A DNA stretch of 46,059 nt from a virus (lineage: Duplodnaviria > Caudoviricetes), in IMG/VR virus record IMGVR_UViG_3300042549_000862, positions 1 to 46,059 of that record. One strand, 5' to 3'. Position numbers and translations under genes: made by a program. Shown here piece by piece: positions 34,369-43,277 of this stretch; position 1 is the first letter of the stretch; every line of letters starts with the position of its first letter. The notes below the pieces were generated by a model. It was given only the letters and a program-made list of their open reading frames with translations, did no database searches and was not told where the DNA came from.

Positions 34369-35600
34369 TAAGTACATTCATCCCTGCCTCCGGGCAGGTT
34401 ATTGGTGAGCGCGAGAAAGAGCTGATGCACAACGCTGTTGACGTTGGCTGGCTCACTGCTGGCGCTTACAACGCGCAGTTCGAGAGCAGGCTGGGTGAGT
34501 ATCTAGGTCACGGCTTTGGCGTGCCGCCCATGGTGCGCACCACGAACTCAGGTAGCTCTGCCAACCTGTTGGCGTTTACTGCGTTAACTTCTCCCACTCT
34601 GGGGTCGCGTGCTATCAAGCCCGGTGATGAGGTCATCACTGTGGCCTGCGGCTTTCCCACGACCATCAATCCCATCATCCAGAACGGCTGCGTGCCTGTG
34701 TTTGTGGATGTCAACAGCACGTTGAACATCGACACCAGAGCACTGGAAGCTGCCATCTCGCCCAAGACCCGCGCCATCATGATTGCGCACACACTGGGCA
34801 ACCCATTCAACCTTGAGGAAGTTGTGGCGTTTGCCGAGCGACACAACCTGTGGCTGATCGAAGACTGCTGTGATGCGCTAGGCGCTACGTGGAAAGGCCA
34901 GAAGGTCGGCACGTTCGGTCATCTGGCAACGCTGTCTTTCTTCCCTGCACACCACATCACGATGGGCGAGGGCGGCGCGGTCATCATCAACGACACGACG
35001 CTTGTTCGTGCGGTGGAGTCGTTCAGGGATTGGGGGCGTGACTGCTGGTGCTCACCGGGTAAGGACAACACCTGTGGCAAGCGCTTTGATTGGCAGATGG
35101 GCGAGCTTCCCTGCGGGTACGACCACAAATACATCTTCAGTCATCTTGGCTACAACCTGAAGATCACCGAGATGCAGGCAGCGTGCGGTGTGGCGCAGCT
35201 TGAGCAGGTGGATAACTTTGTCGCAGCGCGCAGGCGCAACTTCGAGTACCTAAACCATGAGCTAAGCGAGCACGCGCTGAACCTTGTCTCGCCCACGGTC
35301 TACCCTGACGCCAACCCTTCATGGTTTGGCTATCCCATCTGGTTGACTGACGTTGACTTTGATCGGGATACGTTCGTGCGCTACCTGAACGACAACAACA
35401 TCGGCACACGTTTGTTGTTTGCTGGCAACGTAACCAAGCAGCCGTACATGCAGGGCAGGAACTATCGCGTAGTGGGTGACCTGCGCATCTCGGACGACAT
35501 TATGAAGAACCTGCTGTGGATTGGCGTGCAGCCTGCGCTGACTGCGGAGATGCTGTCGTACATGGTGGAGAAGATTGACGAATTTATGGGGCACTTCTGA
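34365..35600 (+). CDS. rfbH: CDP-4-keto-6-deoxyglucose 3-dehydrase (RfbH/DdhC/E1)-like
   Basis: NSGSSANL, HTLGNPF, EDCCDALG, SFFPAHHITMGEGG (His at the Schiff-base Lys position), Fe-S motif WGRDCWC..GKDNTC, GYDHKY. Confidence 0.9.
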   Translation: MISTFIPASGQVIGEREKELMHNAVDVGWLTAGAYNAQFESRLGEYLGHGFGVPPMVRTTNSGSSANLLAFTALTSPTLGSRAIKPGDEVITVACGFPTTINPIIQNGCVPVFVDVNSTLNIDTRALEAAISPKTRAIMIAHTLGNPFNLEEVVAFAERHNLWLIEDCCDALGATWKGQKVGTFGHLATLSFFPAHHITMGEGGAVIINDTTLVRAVESFRDWGRDCWCSPGKDNTCGKRFDWQMGELPCGYDHKYIFSHLGYNLKITEMQAACGVAQLEQVDNFVAARRRNFEYLNHELSEHALNLVSPTVYPDANPSWFGYPIWLTDVDFDRDTFVRYLNDNNIGTRLLFAGNVTKQPYMQGRNYRVVGDLRISDDIMKNLLWIGVQPALTAEMLSYMVEKIDEFMGHF

Positions 35601-36607
35601 TGAGAGTAGCTGATTGGATTGCAGAGTACCTGCACAGCATAGGCGTGCGCCGGGTGCATGGGTTGATGGGCGGGGGTGCAGCGGGGCTGAATGATGGTTT
35701 CATCAAGCACCCCGGCATCGAATACATTTGTTATCACCACGAGCAAGGAGCTGGACATGCAGCACTCGGAGAAGCAAAGTACACAGGTAAACTGGCCGTT
35801 GTTAATCCTACAACTGGCTGTGCTGGGACTAACTGTAGTACCAGTGTCCTTAATGGTTATCAGGACGGTGTTCCTGTTCTTTTTCTATCGGGCAACGTAA
35901 GGCTGGATAACACTGCGCAATACCTTAACAAAGAACGGAACATACGTATCAGGCACTACGGCGCACAAGAGCACAACATCGTCAGCACCATGCAGTCCAT
36001 AACTAAAATTGCGTACTTTGTGGACAGCCCTGATCGTGTTGAGGACGCGTTGAAAAGCGCTGTGTTTTTTGCCACGACCGGACGCCCCGGTCCTGTATGG
36101 GTAGACATACCTGCGAATGTGCAGACCGCACAGATGCCGGAACTTCGGAACATCAACTACACAGAGTTTGCCGCTGCTCCTGTTGACGCGCCTGCCGTGT
36201 GGAAAAAAATTTACGAAAGTAGCAGACCGCTAATCGTTGCTGGCGTGGGTATACGGCAAGCAAACCGTGTGGTTGCGTTCAGGGATTTTGTGGAGAAGTA
36301 TCAGATACCGTTCGTCACTACCTATGGCGCACAGGACTACGCGCCGTACGATCACCCACTAAACATTGGCACGCCCGGCGTGCGTGGCAACCGCGCAGGT
36401 AACTTCGCTATGCAGAACGCTGACCTGCTGCTGTTCTTGGGCACGTCACTGGGCGCGCCTGTGGTGGGCTACGACCCCAAGCAGTTCAACCCCACGGCGT
36501 ACAAGATATACGTGGACATCGAGAACGATGAACTAAACAAAGACATCATCCCGATGGATTGGAAAATACATACAAGCGTTCAGAACTTCTTTGGAGCCAT
36601 GCTATGA
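35600..36607 (+). CDS. ThDP-dependent acetolactate-synthase-like (YerE-like) enzyme, N-terminal and middle domains
   Basis: MRVADWIAEYL, HHEQGAGHAA (catalytic Glu), GRPGPVWVDIP, RAGNFAMQNADLLL.LG. Confidence 0.85.
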   Translation: MRVADWIAEYLHSIGVRRVHGLMGGGAAGLNDGFIKHPGIEYICYHHEQGAGHAALGEAKYTGKLAVVNPTTGCAGTNCSTSVLNGYQDGVPVLFLSGNVRLDNTAQYLNKERNIRIRHYGAQEHNIVSTMQSITKIAYFVDSPDRVEDALKSAVFFATTGRPGPVWVDIPANVQTAQMPELRNINYTEFAAAPVDAPAVWKKIYESSRPLIVAGVGIRQANRVVAFRDFVEKYQIPFVTTYGAQDYAPYDHPLNIGTPGVRGNRAGNFAMQNADLLLFLGTSLGAPVVGYDPKQFNPTAYKIYVDIENDELNKDIIPMDWKIHTSVQNFFGAML

Positions 36608-37335
36608 CGCGGCAAGAGTGGGTACAGAAGTGTCAGCACTGGAAGGCCAAGTGGCCTGTGATGCAGCCTGAGTATATGAACTACACGCATGGCCTAAACA
36701 TTTACGCCGTGCTGGACGCCATTCATCAGCACAGCCCGGACGATGCAGTGCTTATGTGCGACGCCGGGAGCGCCTATTACATGGTGCCGCAGGCGTATCG
36801 GTTCAAAGGCACACAGCGGCTGGTGATGAGTCAGTCACAGGGCGACATGGGTTGGGCGCTACCTGCTGCGATTGGCGTGGCGAAAGCGGGAGCCAAGAAT
36901 GTGATCTGCATTGTGGGCGACGGCAGCTTCATGTCCAACATGCAGGAACTGGCAGTGATACGCGAGCATCATCTACCCATCAAGATTGTTATCCTAAACA
37001 ACCGCGGGTATCTCAGTATCAAGAACACGCAGTCCAAGTTTTACGGCAACGTGCATGGCGTGGATGGTGACACAGGGCTGTGGTTTCCTGATTTTTCCAA
37101 ACTGGCAGAGAGCTTCAGAATAAACTTTAAAACCGCGTGGAGCACACCCACGTTGGATAAGTATCTTAGCGCAGCGTTTTCTATAACTAGCCCAAGCATC
37201 ACGGAAGTTCTGTGCGTAAAAGAACAGCTAATCCTCCCATCGCAGGGATTTAAGGACGGCAAGCAAGCGCCTCTGCATGACATGGTGCCTTTCCTGTCTG
37301 ACGAAGAACTAGCCGCCGAGATGGTGAACAAATGA
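36604..37335 (+). CDS. ThDP-dependent enzyme, C-terminal ThDP-binding domain (second subunit)
   Basis: DAGS, MGWALPAAIG, GDGSFMSN...LNNRGYLSI; own GGAG RBS and ATGA overlap. Confidence 0.85.
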   Translation: MTRQEWVQKCQHWKAKWPVMQPEYMNYTHGLNIYAVLDAIHQHSPDDAVLMCDAGSAYYMVPQAYRFKGTQRLVMSQSQGDMGWALPAAIGVAKAGAKNVICIVGDGSFMSNMQELAVIREHHLPIKIVILNNRGYLSIKNTQSKFYGNVHGVDGDTGLWFPDFSKLAESFRINFKTAWSTPTLDKYLSAAFSITSPSITEVLCVKEQLILPSQGFKDGKQAPLHDMVPFLSDEELAAEMVNK

Positions 37336-38279
37336 AGATAGCTATTCTTGGAGCTACCAGCCAGATTGCAAAAGACTTCATCGTCCAGTGCAACGATGAG
37401 CACACGCTCTTGCTGTTCTCGCGCAACCCTGACAGCGTGCAGCAGTTCATGTTCGACATAGGCTACCGAAGCTTCACGTCCATACACTACAACGTCTTGC
37501 GTGGCAGGCAGTTCTACGTTGACGCGGTGATTAACTTCGTGGGCATAGGCGACCCGGCGAAGCTGGCGACTATGCAGGACGCCATGTTTGACCTGACCCG
37601 AACGTACGATGAGTTAGCGTTGCAGTTCATGCGCCGCCCTGACACCAAGTACATCTTTATCTCCAGCGGGGCAGCGTACGGCGGCACGTTCGACAAGCCA
37701 GCAAGACAAGACACGCCTGTCACGTATCCGCAGCATATTGAGAAGCAGCACTATTATGGGCTGGCGAAGTGGCTGGCTGAGATCAAGCATCGCACGCTGT
37801 TTGAGAAACACATAGTGGACTTGCGTGTGTTCAACTACTTCAGCCATACGCAATCGTTGAGCTTGAAGTACATGATCATGGAGATGATGAACGCTATCCT
37901 GCGCCAGCGTGGAACAGATCAAACGCCGTACGCTGTTGATGACACTCCGTTAACACGTGACTTCATCGGACCCAAAGATTTGCACCGCTTGATCTTTTCT
38001 ATCTTGAACGCGCCGGGGTTCAACGGTACAGTGGATGCCTTTACCAAAGAGCCTGTTAGCAAGCACACACTGCTTAACGCGCTGAAAGAAATTTATGGGC
38101 TGGAGTACGTGTTTACTGAACGCATCGTTATTGCGCCCACGGGCGTGAAACCAAACTACTATTCACAAAACTACAAAGCGTTAGAGCTTGGCTACCAACC
38201 ACAGATGACCTCCCTCGAAACCATTTTCAAGGAAGCAGATCAACTGCTGGAGCGCCATGACCCCGGAAGCCAAAGTTAA
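37332..38279 (+). CDS. NAD(P)-dependent nucleotide-sugar epimerase/reductase (extended SDR)
   Basis: ILGATSQIA Rossmann motif, ISSGAAYG, YGLAK (YxxxK), LRVFN, RDFI. Confidence 0.85.
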   Translation: MKIAILGATSQIAKDFIVQCNDEHTLLLFSRNPDSVQQFMFDIGYRSFTSIHYNVLRGRQFYVDAVINFVGIGDPAKLATMQDAMFDLTRTYDELALQFMRRPDTKYIFISSGAAYGGTFDKPARQDTPVTYPQHIEKQHYYGLAKWLAEIKHRTLFEKHIVDLRVFNYFSHTQSLSLKYMIMEMMNAILRQRGTDQTPYAVDDTPLTRDFIGPKDLHRLIFSILNAPGFNGTVDAFTKEPVSKHTLLNALKEIYGLEYVFTERIVIAPTGVKPNYYSQNYKALELGYQPQMTSLETIFKEADQLLERHDPGSQS

Positions 38280-38529
38280 AGCAAAGATTTACAAGATACT
38301 CAAAGAGAAAAAGATTTATTACTTTACGCCGCAGACAGGAGGCTACGGCAGATCAGGAGTACCGGACATAATCTGTTGTTACAGAGGCACGTTCGTCGGC
38401 ATCGAGTGCAAAGCAGGCAAGAATAAACCCACGCCGTTGCAAGAAGCTGAGATGCAGAAGATTCGTGAGTCCGGCGGTATGACCTATGTAATCAACGAAG
38501 ACAACTTATATGAATTGGACGCTTTATGA
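38257..38529 (+). CDS. VRR-NUC domain nuclease
   Basis: TPEAKVK...GVPDII...IECKAGKNKPTPLQ. Confidence 0.9.
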   Translation: MTPEAKVKAKIYKILKEKKIYYFTPQTGGYGRSGVPDIICCYRGTFVGIECKAGKNKPTPLQEAEMQKIRESGGMTYVINEDNLYELDAL

Positions 38530-38792
38530 ACGAAGAACTACAAAAAGTTATTGCAGACAGCACAGGCCAAGAGAAAGAGCGCTTCATTGAAGAAGCCGTG
38601 ACGGCTTTTCGTAAGGCGCTGATGGAGACTACGCAAAGCAAGCACGCAGTCTTTCTTGTGCTGGATGATGAGGATGGCAAGATGCAGACGTACACCTTCA
38701 ACGCCAACATGACGATACTGTCCATGATGTTAACGAGCGCGTACGAGATGATCGTTGAGTCCGAAGGTGGGCCAAGGCGGGTGCTGAATTGA
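38526..38792 (+). CDS. Hypothetical protein
   Basis: 88 aa, coupled to neighbours on both sides. Confidence 0.7.
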   Translation: MNEELQKVIADSTGQEKERFIEEAVTAFRKALMETTQSKHAVFLVLDDEDGKMQTYTFNANMTILSMMLTSAYEMIVESEGGPRRVLN

Positions 38793-40756
38793 AAAAGCCG
38801 TACGACAACATCATTTGCATTGACTTCGAGACGCGCTGGTCTAAGACCGAGTACACGTTGTCGAAGATGACCACGGAAGAGTACATCCGTGACGAGCGCT
38901 TCAAAGCGTTCGGGCTTTGTTATTACTGGTTAGGAAGTGATTATGAAACAACTACGTGGGTGGGGCATGAAGACATCCCCGCTTTTTTGGGAACTATTGA
39001 TTGGAGCAGGACTGCCATTCTTGCTCATAACGCTCAGTTCGATGTGGCGATACTTTCATGGCACTACGGTGTACGTCCTGCTTTCATATTTGATAGCCTC
39101 TCTATGGCTCGCGCTTTACGTGGGGTTGAATCTGGTAATAGTCTTGCTGTACTGGCTGAGAGCTATGGCTTACCGCCGAAGGGACGAGCCGTACACTCCA
39201 CAGATGGACTTTCCCACCTTACCGAAGAAATAGAAACAGAGCTTGCTGAGTACTGCAAGCACGATGTATTCCTCTGTGTGGAGGTGTTCAGGCGGTTGGT
39301 CAAAGGCTACCCGCGCAAGGAGCTACAGCTTATTGATCTGACACTCAGGATGTTTACTGAGCCGAAGTTATTGTTAGACCCTGCAATGTTAGAGGAGGCA
39401 GTCAATGAAGAGCGTGATCAACGTGAAGCGCTTCTTGCACGCCTTGGAGTGGAAGATAAAACGCTTGCGAGTAACCCTCAATTCGCAAGTTTATTGGAGT
39501 CTCTGGGATGCAACGTACCATACAAAGTTAGCAAAACAACGAATAAAAAGACGCTTGCACTATCTAAAAAAGACGCGCACTTCCAAGCCTTACTTACCAG
39601 TGAACGAGAAGACATTCGACTCTTGTGTGAGGCACGACTGCGAGTCAAGTCAACATTGGAGCGTACGCGAGCGCAGCGATTTTTGGACATTGCCCGAAGA
39701 GGAACGCTCCCCGTCCCCCTGAACTATTACGGCGCACACACAGGGCGCTGGTCAGCCAGCCGGGGCAGTGGCATCAACATGCAGAACATGAAGCGCGAGT
39801 CGTTCCTGCGCAAGTCCATCCTTGCGCCTGATGGGTACAAGCTGATTGTCAGTGACCTCTCGCAGATCGAGCCGCGGGTGCTTGCGTATCTGGCTGACTA
39901 CCAAGACATGATGCTGATCTTTAAATCAGGCGACGACCCGTACTCGCTCTTCGGTGCGCGCATGTTCAACATCCCCGGCATGACCAAGGACTCGCACCCG
40001 GTTGAGCGTCAGTCAGCCAAGTCCGCGCTTCTTGGTGCAGGCTATGGGCTAGGCTGGGCGTCGTTCGCAGCGCAGCTTCTGACAGGGTTCCTCGGCGCTA
40101 AGCCCTTGCGCTACACCAAGCAGGACGCACGCACGCTGGGCATTACGGCGGAGAAAGTACACCGCTTCGTTGAGTGGGATGTGAATATGCAGAAGATGGC
40201 AGAGATACCCCACACCTGTACGGACGAGGAACTGCTGGTGCACTGCGTAGTTGCCAAAGAGATTATTGATCGTTACCGAGACGCAGCGCAACCGGTTAAG
40301 ATGTTCTGGGACATGTGCCAGAACTTGATTGAGCATAGTTTATATCTTGGCAAAGAGTACAAGCACAAGTGCTTGACCTTCAAGAAAGGCGAGGTGGTCT
40401 TGCCAAGCGGCCTGTCTCTGCGCTATCCTGATCTACAGTTTGAGCTTGACGCGCAAGGCCGCAAGCAGTGGGTCTATGGCGAGGACAAGATCAAGCTGTA
40501 CGGTGGGAAGCTGACTGAAAACATCGTTCAGGCAGTGGCTCGCTGCGTAATGACGGACGGCATGCTGCGCATACAACAGCGCCTGCAGTGCTTGCTAACA
40601 GTGCACGATGAGGTTGTAGTCCTGTGTCCTGAAACTTCGGTTTCAGACGATATGCCATGGGTGTACGACCAGATGGTTGCAGACCCGGAGTACATGCCGG
40701 GCATCCCGTTGAAGGCAGATATTGATGCTGCTGTACGCTATGGAGACGCTAAGTGA
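38789..40756 (+). CDS. polA: DNA polymerase family A with 3'-5' exonuclease
   Basis: IDFET, AHNAQFD, YCKHD; HTGRWS; DLSQIEPR (motif A), RQSAKSALLGAGYG (B), VHDE (C). Confidence 0.95.
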   Translation: MKKPYDNIICIDFETRWSKTEYTLSKMTTEEYIRDERFKAFGLCYYWLGSDYETTTWVGHEDIPAFLGTIDWSRTAILAHNAQFDVAILSWHYGVRPAFIFDSLSMARALRGVESGNSLAVLAESYGLPPKGRAVHSTDGLSHLTEEIETELAEYCKHDVFLCVEVFRRLVKGYPRKELQLIDLTLRMFTEPKLLLDPAMLEEAVNEERDQREALLARLGVEDKTLASNPQFASLLESLGCNVPYKVSKTTNKKTLALSKKDAHFQALLTSEREDIRLLCEARLRVKSTLERTRAQRFLDIARRGTLPVPLNYYGAHTGRWSASRGSGINMQNMKRESFLRKSILAPDGYKLIVSDLSQIEPRVLAYLADYQDMMLIFKSGDDPYSLFGARMFNIPGMTKDSHPVERQSAKSALLGAGYGLGWASFAAQLLTGFLGAKPLRYTKQDARTLGITAEKVHRFVEWDVNMQKMAEIPHTCTDEELLVHCVVAKEIIDRYRDAAQPVKMFWDMCQNLIEHSLYLGKEYKHKCLTFKKGEVVLPSGLSLRYPDLQFELDAQGRKQWVYGEDKIKLYGGKLTENIVQAVARCVMTDGMLRIQQRLQCLLTVHDEVVVLCPETSVSDDMPWVYDQMVADPEYMPGIPLKADIDAAVRYGDAK

Positions 40757-41424
40757 AAATGGAAAAAATTAAATGGTCGCACAGTGCGCTTAAAGATTTT
40801 GAAGGTTGTGCAAGACGCTATTACGAAGTCAAAGTATTAAAGAACTATCCGTTCCCTGACACAGAACAAATCCGATATGGCAAGCAGTTACACGAAGCTG
40901 CGGAGCTGTACATCAAAGACGGTACACCAATACCGCCGCAGTTCGAGTACATGAAGCCGTTGCTTGACTCGTTGATTGCCAAGCCGGGAAGAAAGTTTGT
41001 TGAGTACGAAATGGGGCTGACAGAGGACTTAAATCCTTGCGCCTTCAAGAGTGAGAACGTGTGGGTGCGTGGCATTGCTGACTTGGTTATCGTCAATGAC
41101 GACAACTTCACAGCGTACGTTGTGGACTACAAGACAGGCAATGACAAGTATCCAGATCGTGATCAGCTTGTGCTGATGTCACTGATGATCTTTAAGCATT
41201 TCCCACACATCAAACGTGTGAAGTCAGCGCTGTTGTTTGTGGTCAAGAACACGATGGTCAAGCATGAGATGACCATTGAGGAAGAAGAAGCTACGTGGTG
41301 GAGGTACCGGGAGCGCGTAGCCAGATTGTCGGCGTGCCACAGCAACGGTGTGTGGAACCCGAACCCAACGCCGCTATGCGGCTGGTGCCCGGTGAATACA
41401 TGTGAACACAACCCGAAGCATTAG
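40753..41424 (+). CDS. PD-(D/E)xK exonuclease, Cas4/RecB-like
   Basis: WSHS...C.RRY, G..LH, RGIADL, VDYKTG, QL, C-terminal CGWCPVNTC. Confidence 0.85.
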   Translation: MKMEKIKWSHSALKDFEGCARRYYEVKVLKNYPFPDTEQIRYGKQLHEAAELYIKDGTPIPPQFEYMKPLLDSLIAKPGRKFVEYEMGLTEDLNPCAFKSENVWVRGIADLVIVNDDNFTAYVVDYKTGNDKYPDRDQLVLMSLMIFKHFPHIKRVKSALLFVVKNTMVKHEMTIEEEEATWWRYRERVARLSACHSNGVWNPNPTPLCGWCPVNTCEHNPKH

Positions 41425-41433
41425 GAGGCCCGC

Positions 41434-41667
41434 ATGGCAACCAGAGACTACAAGAAGGAGTACAAGCGTGACTTACAGACCGGCAAGTCCGGTCCCGGTA
41501 GTGCCCAGCATGAGCGCCAGAGAGCGCGTCGCATGTACGACAAGATGGGTATTGACCGTAGCGGGAAAGACATCGACCACATCAAACCACTGCGCAAGGG
41601 CGGCAAGTCAAGCAAAGGCAACCTGCGGCTGCGCGCAAAGAGCACTAATCAGGGAGACAATAAATAA
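41434..41667 (+). CDS. Small HNH-endonuclease-like protein
   Basis: RDYKKEY...DIDHIKPLRKGG...NLRL....N. Confidence 0.75.
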   Translation: MATRDYKKEYKRDLQTGKSGPGSAQHERQRARRMYDKMGIDRSGKDIDHIKPLRKGGKSSKGNLRLRAKSTNQGDNK

Positions 41668-43241
41668 TGCAGATCATTGACAACAAGTTATTTCTCTTAC
41701 GCACACGTAATCCTGACAAATTTTCAATCATTCCTAAACATAAAATCGTTGGCGAAAAAGATGGTATCTATGAAATCGTTGTTCACTTCGGCTTGGACGA
41801 GGCGCGGGTCTTACGCAATCTGGGCGTCAAGAAGGTTGTCTCGCCCATTGATGGCAAATATGATTGGCCGGGACGCTTCCAGCCTTTTGCGCACCAACGT
41901 GAAACTGCGTCGTTCTTGACGCTAAACCGCCGTGCCTTCGTGTTCTCTGAACCCGGCACCGGCAAAACCATGTCAGCGCTTTGGGCGGCTGACTACCTGA
42001 TGAAGATAGGCGAGGTGCGGCGCGTACTCATACTGTGTCCGCTGTCCATCATGACCTCGGCGTGGATGCAGGACTTGAACAACAGCATCATCCACAGAAG
42101 CGCCATCGTGGCACACCACGCGCAGGCCGCACGCAGGCTGGAGATGGTCAGAGGTGACTACGAGTTCGTCATCACGAACTATGATGGGTTGAACCTGATC
42201 GCTGATGAAGTTGTTGAGGACGGCACGTTTGATCTGGTGATTGTCGATGAAGCCAACGCTTACAAGAACGTCAGCACCAAGCGCTTCAAGTCACTGCAAA
42301 AGATTCTCAAACCTTCGTCGTATCTCTGGATGATGACCGGGACGCCTGCTGCGCAGTCACCGCTGGATGCGTATGGGCTGGCAAAGCTCGTCAACCCCAC
42401 GTCAGTGCCGAAGTTCTATACCGGCTGGCGCGACAAGGTGATGTATCAGGCAACCCGCTTCAAGTGGCTACCCAAGCCCACGGCAGGCGACGATGTACAC
42501 GACGCGCTGCAGCCTGCCATCCGGTTCACAAAAGAGCAGTGCCTTGACCTGCCCCCGGTCGTTACCGTCACACGCGAGGTGCCGCTGACTCCACAGCAGA
42601 ACAAGTACTACGCGCTGTTAAAAGACCGCATGGTGATGCAGGCAGCAGGCGAAACCATCACGGCAGTCAACGCCGCGGCAGGGGTCAACAAGCTGCTCCA
42701 GATCAGCGCAGGCGCGGCCTACACGGACAACGCCGAGGTGGTGGAGTTCGACTGCTCCCCACGCTTGAACGTGCTCTTGGAGGTGCTGGAAGAGACTACA
42801 CGCAAGGTGCTGGTCTTTGCGCCGTACCGGCACAGCATTGACACCATCACGGACTTTCTACAAAAGCATCAGATCGACTGCGCGCAGATACACGGTGACG
42901 TGACACCTGCTAAACGAACGCTGATCTTCAAACAATTTCAGACTACTCAGTCACCTCGTGTACTGGTCATTCAGCCACAGGCTGCGTCGCACGGCGTGAC
43001 CTTGACCGCTGCGGATACCGTGGTGTTCTGGGGGCCTGTGATGAGCGTGGAGACTTACTTGCAGTGCTGCGCACGCACTGACCGCGTGGGGCAGAACTCA
43101 GACAAGGTGACCATCGTACACATCGAAGGTAGCGAACTTGAAAAGAGAATGTTTAAAAGATTGGCAAGCCGCGTGGATGACCATGCGTTGCTAGTCAAGC
43201 TATATGAAGAAGAGCTTGCAGGTTCTAAAAGCCAGTTGTAA
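41667..43241 (+). CDS. SNF2-family helicase
   Basis: PFAHQ, EPGTGKT, VDEA, MTGTP, HGVTLTAA, ARTDRVGQ. Confidence 0.92.
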   Translation: MQIIDNKLFLLRTRNPDKFSIIPKHKIVGEKDGIYEIVVHFGLDEARVLRNLGVKKVVSPIDGKYDWPGRFQPFAHQRETASFLTLNRRAFVFSEPGTGKTMSALWAADYLMKIGEVRRVLILCPLSIMTSAWMQDLNNSIIHRSAIVAHHAQAARRLEMVRGDYEFVITNYDGLNLIADEVVEDGTFDLVIVDEANAYKNVSTKRFKSLQKILKPSSYLWMMTGTPAAQSPLDAYGLAKLVNPTSVPKFYTGWRDKVMYQATRFKWLPKPTAGDDVHDALQPAIRFTKEQCLDLPPVVTVTREVPLTPQQNKYYALLKDRMVMQAAGETITAVNAAAGVNKLLQISAGAAYTDNAEVVEFDCSPRLNVLLEVLEETTRKVLVFAPYRHSIDTITDFLQKHQIDCAQIHGDVTPAKRTLIFKQFQTTQSPRVLVIQPQAASHGVTLTAADTVVFWGPVMSVETYLQCCARTDRVGQNSDKVTIVHIEGSELEKRMFKRLASRVDDHALLVKLYEEELAGSKSQL

Positions 43242-43252
43242 AATCTTTGACA
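43237..43252. promoter_or_regulatory. 16-bp palindromic operator-like site (family B, copy 3)
   Basis: TGTAAAATCTTTGACA followed by GCAGTACC and a CCAACCACAGGAG leader, as at 29056-29113. Confidence 0.5.
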
Positions 43253-43277
43253 GCAGTACCCAACCACAGGAGTAAAC

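Noticed and set aside
36559-36607. ThDP enzyme as a frameshifted pseudogene
   Set aside because: The break lies in an interdomain linker with ATGA coupling, its own SD and intact catalytic motifs
35600-37335. Acetolactate synthase as an amino-acid biosynthesis auxiliary gene
   Set aside because: Flanked by RfbH and a sugar SDR, with no ilvN/H, ilvC or ilvD; context favours a sugar-branching enzyme
38195-38204. Additional CCAACCACAG inside the SDR gene
   Set aside because: Coding context, no SD follows, ~60 nt from the next start; probably chance
40753-41424. Cas4-like nuclease as evidence of CRISPR-Cas
   Set aside because: Solo PD-(D/E)xK exonucleases are routine in phage replication modules; no cas1, cas2 or array
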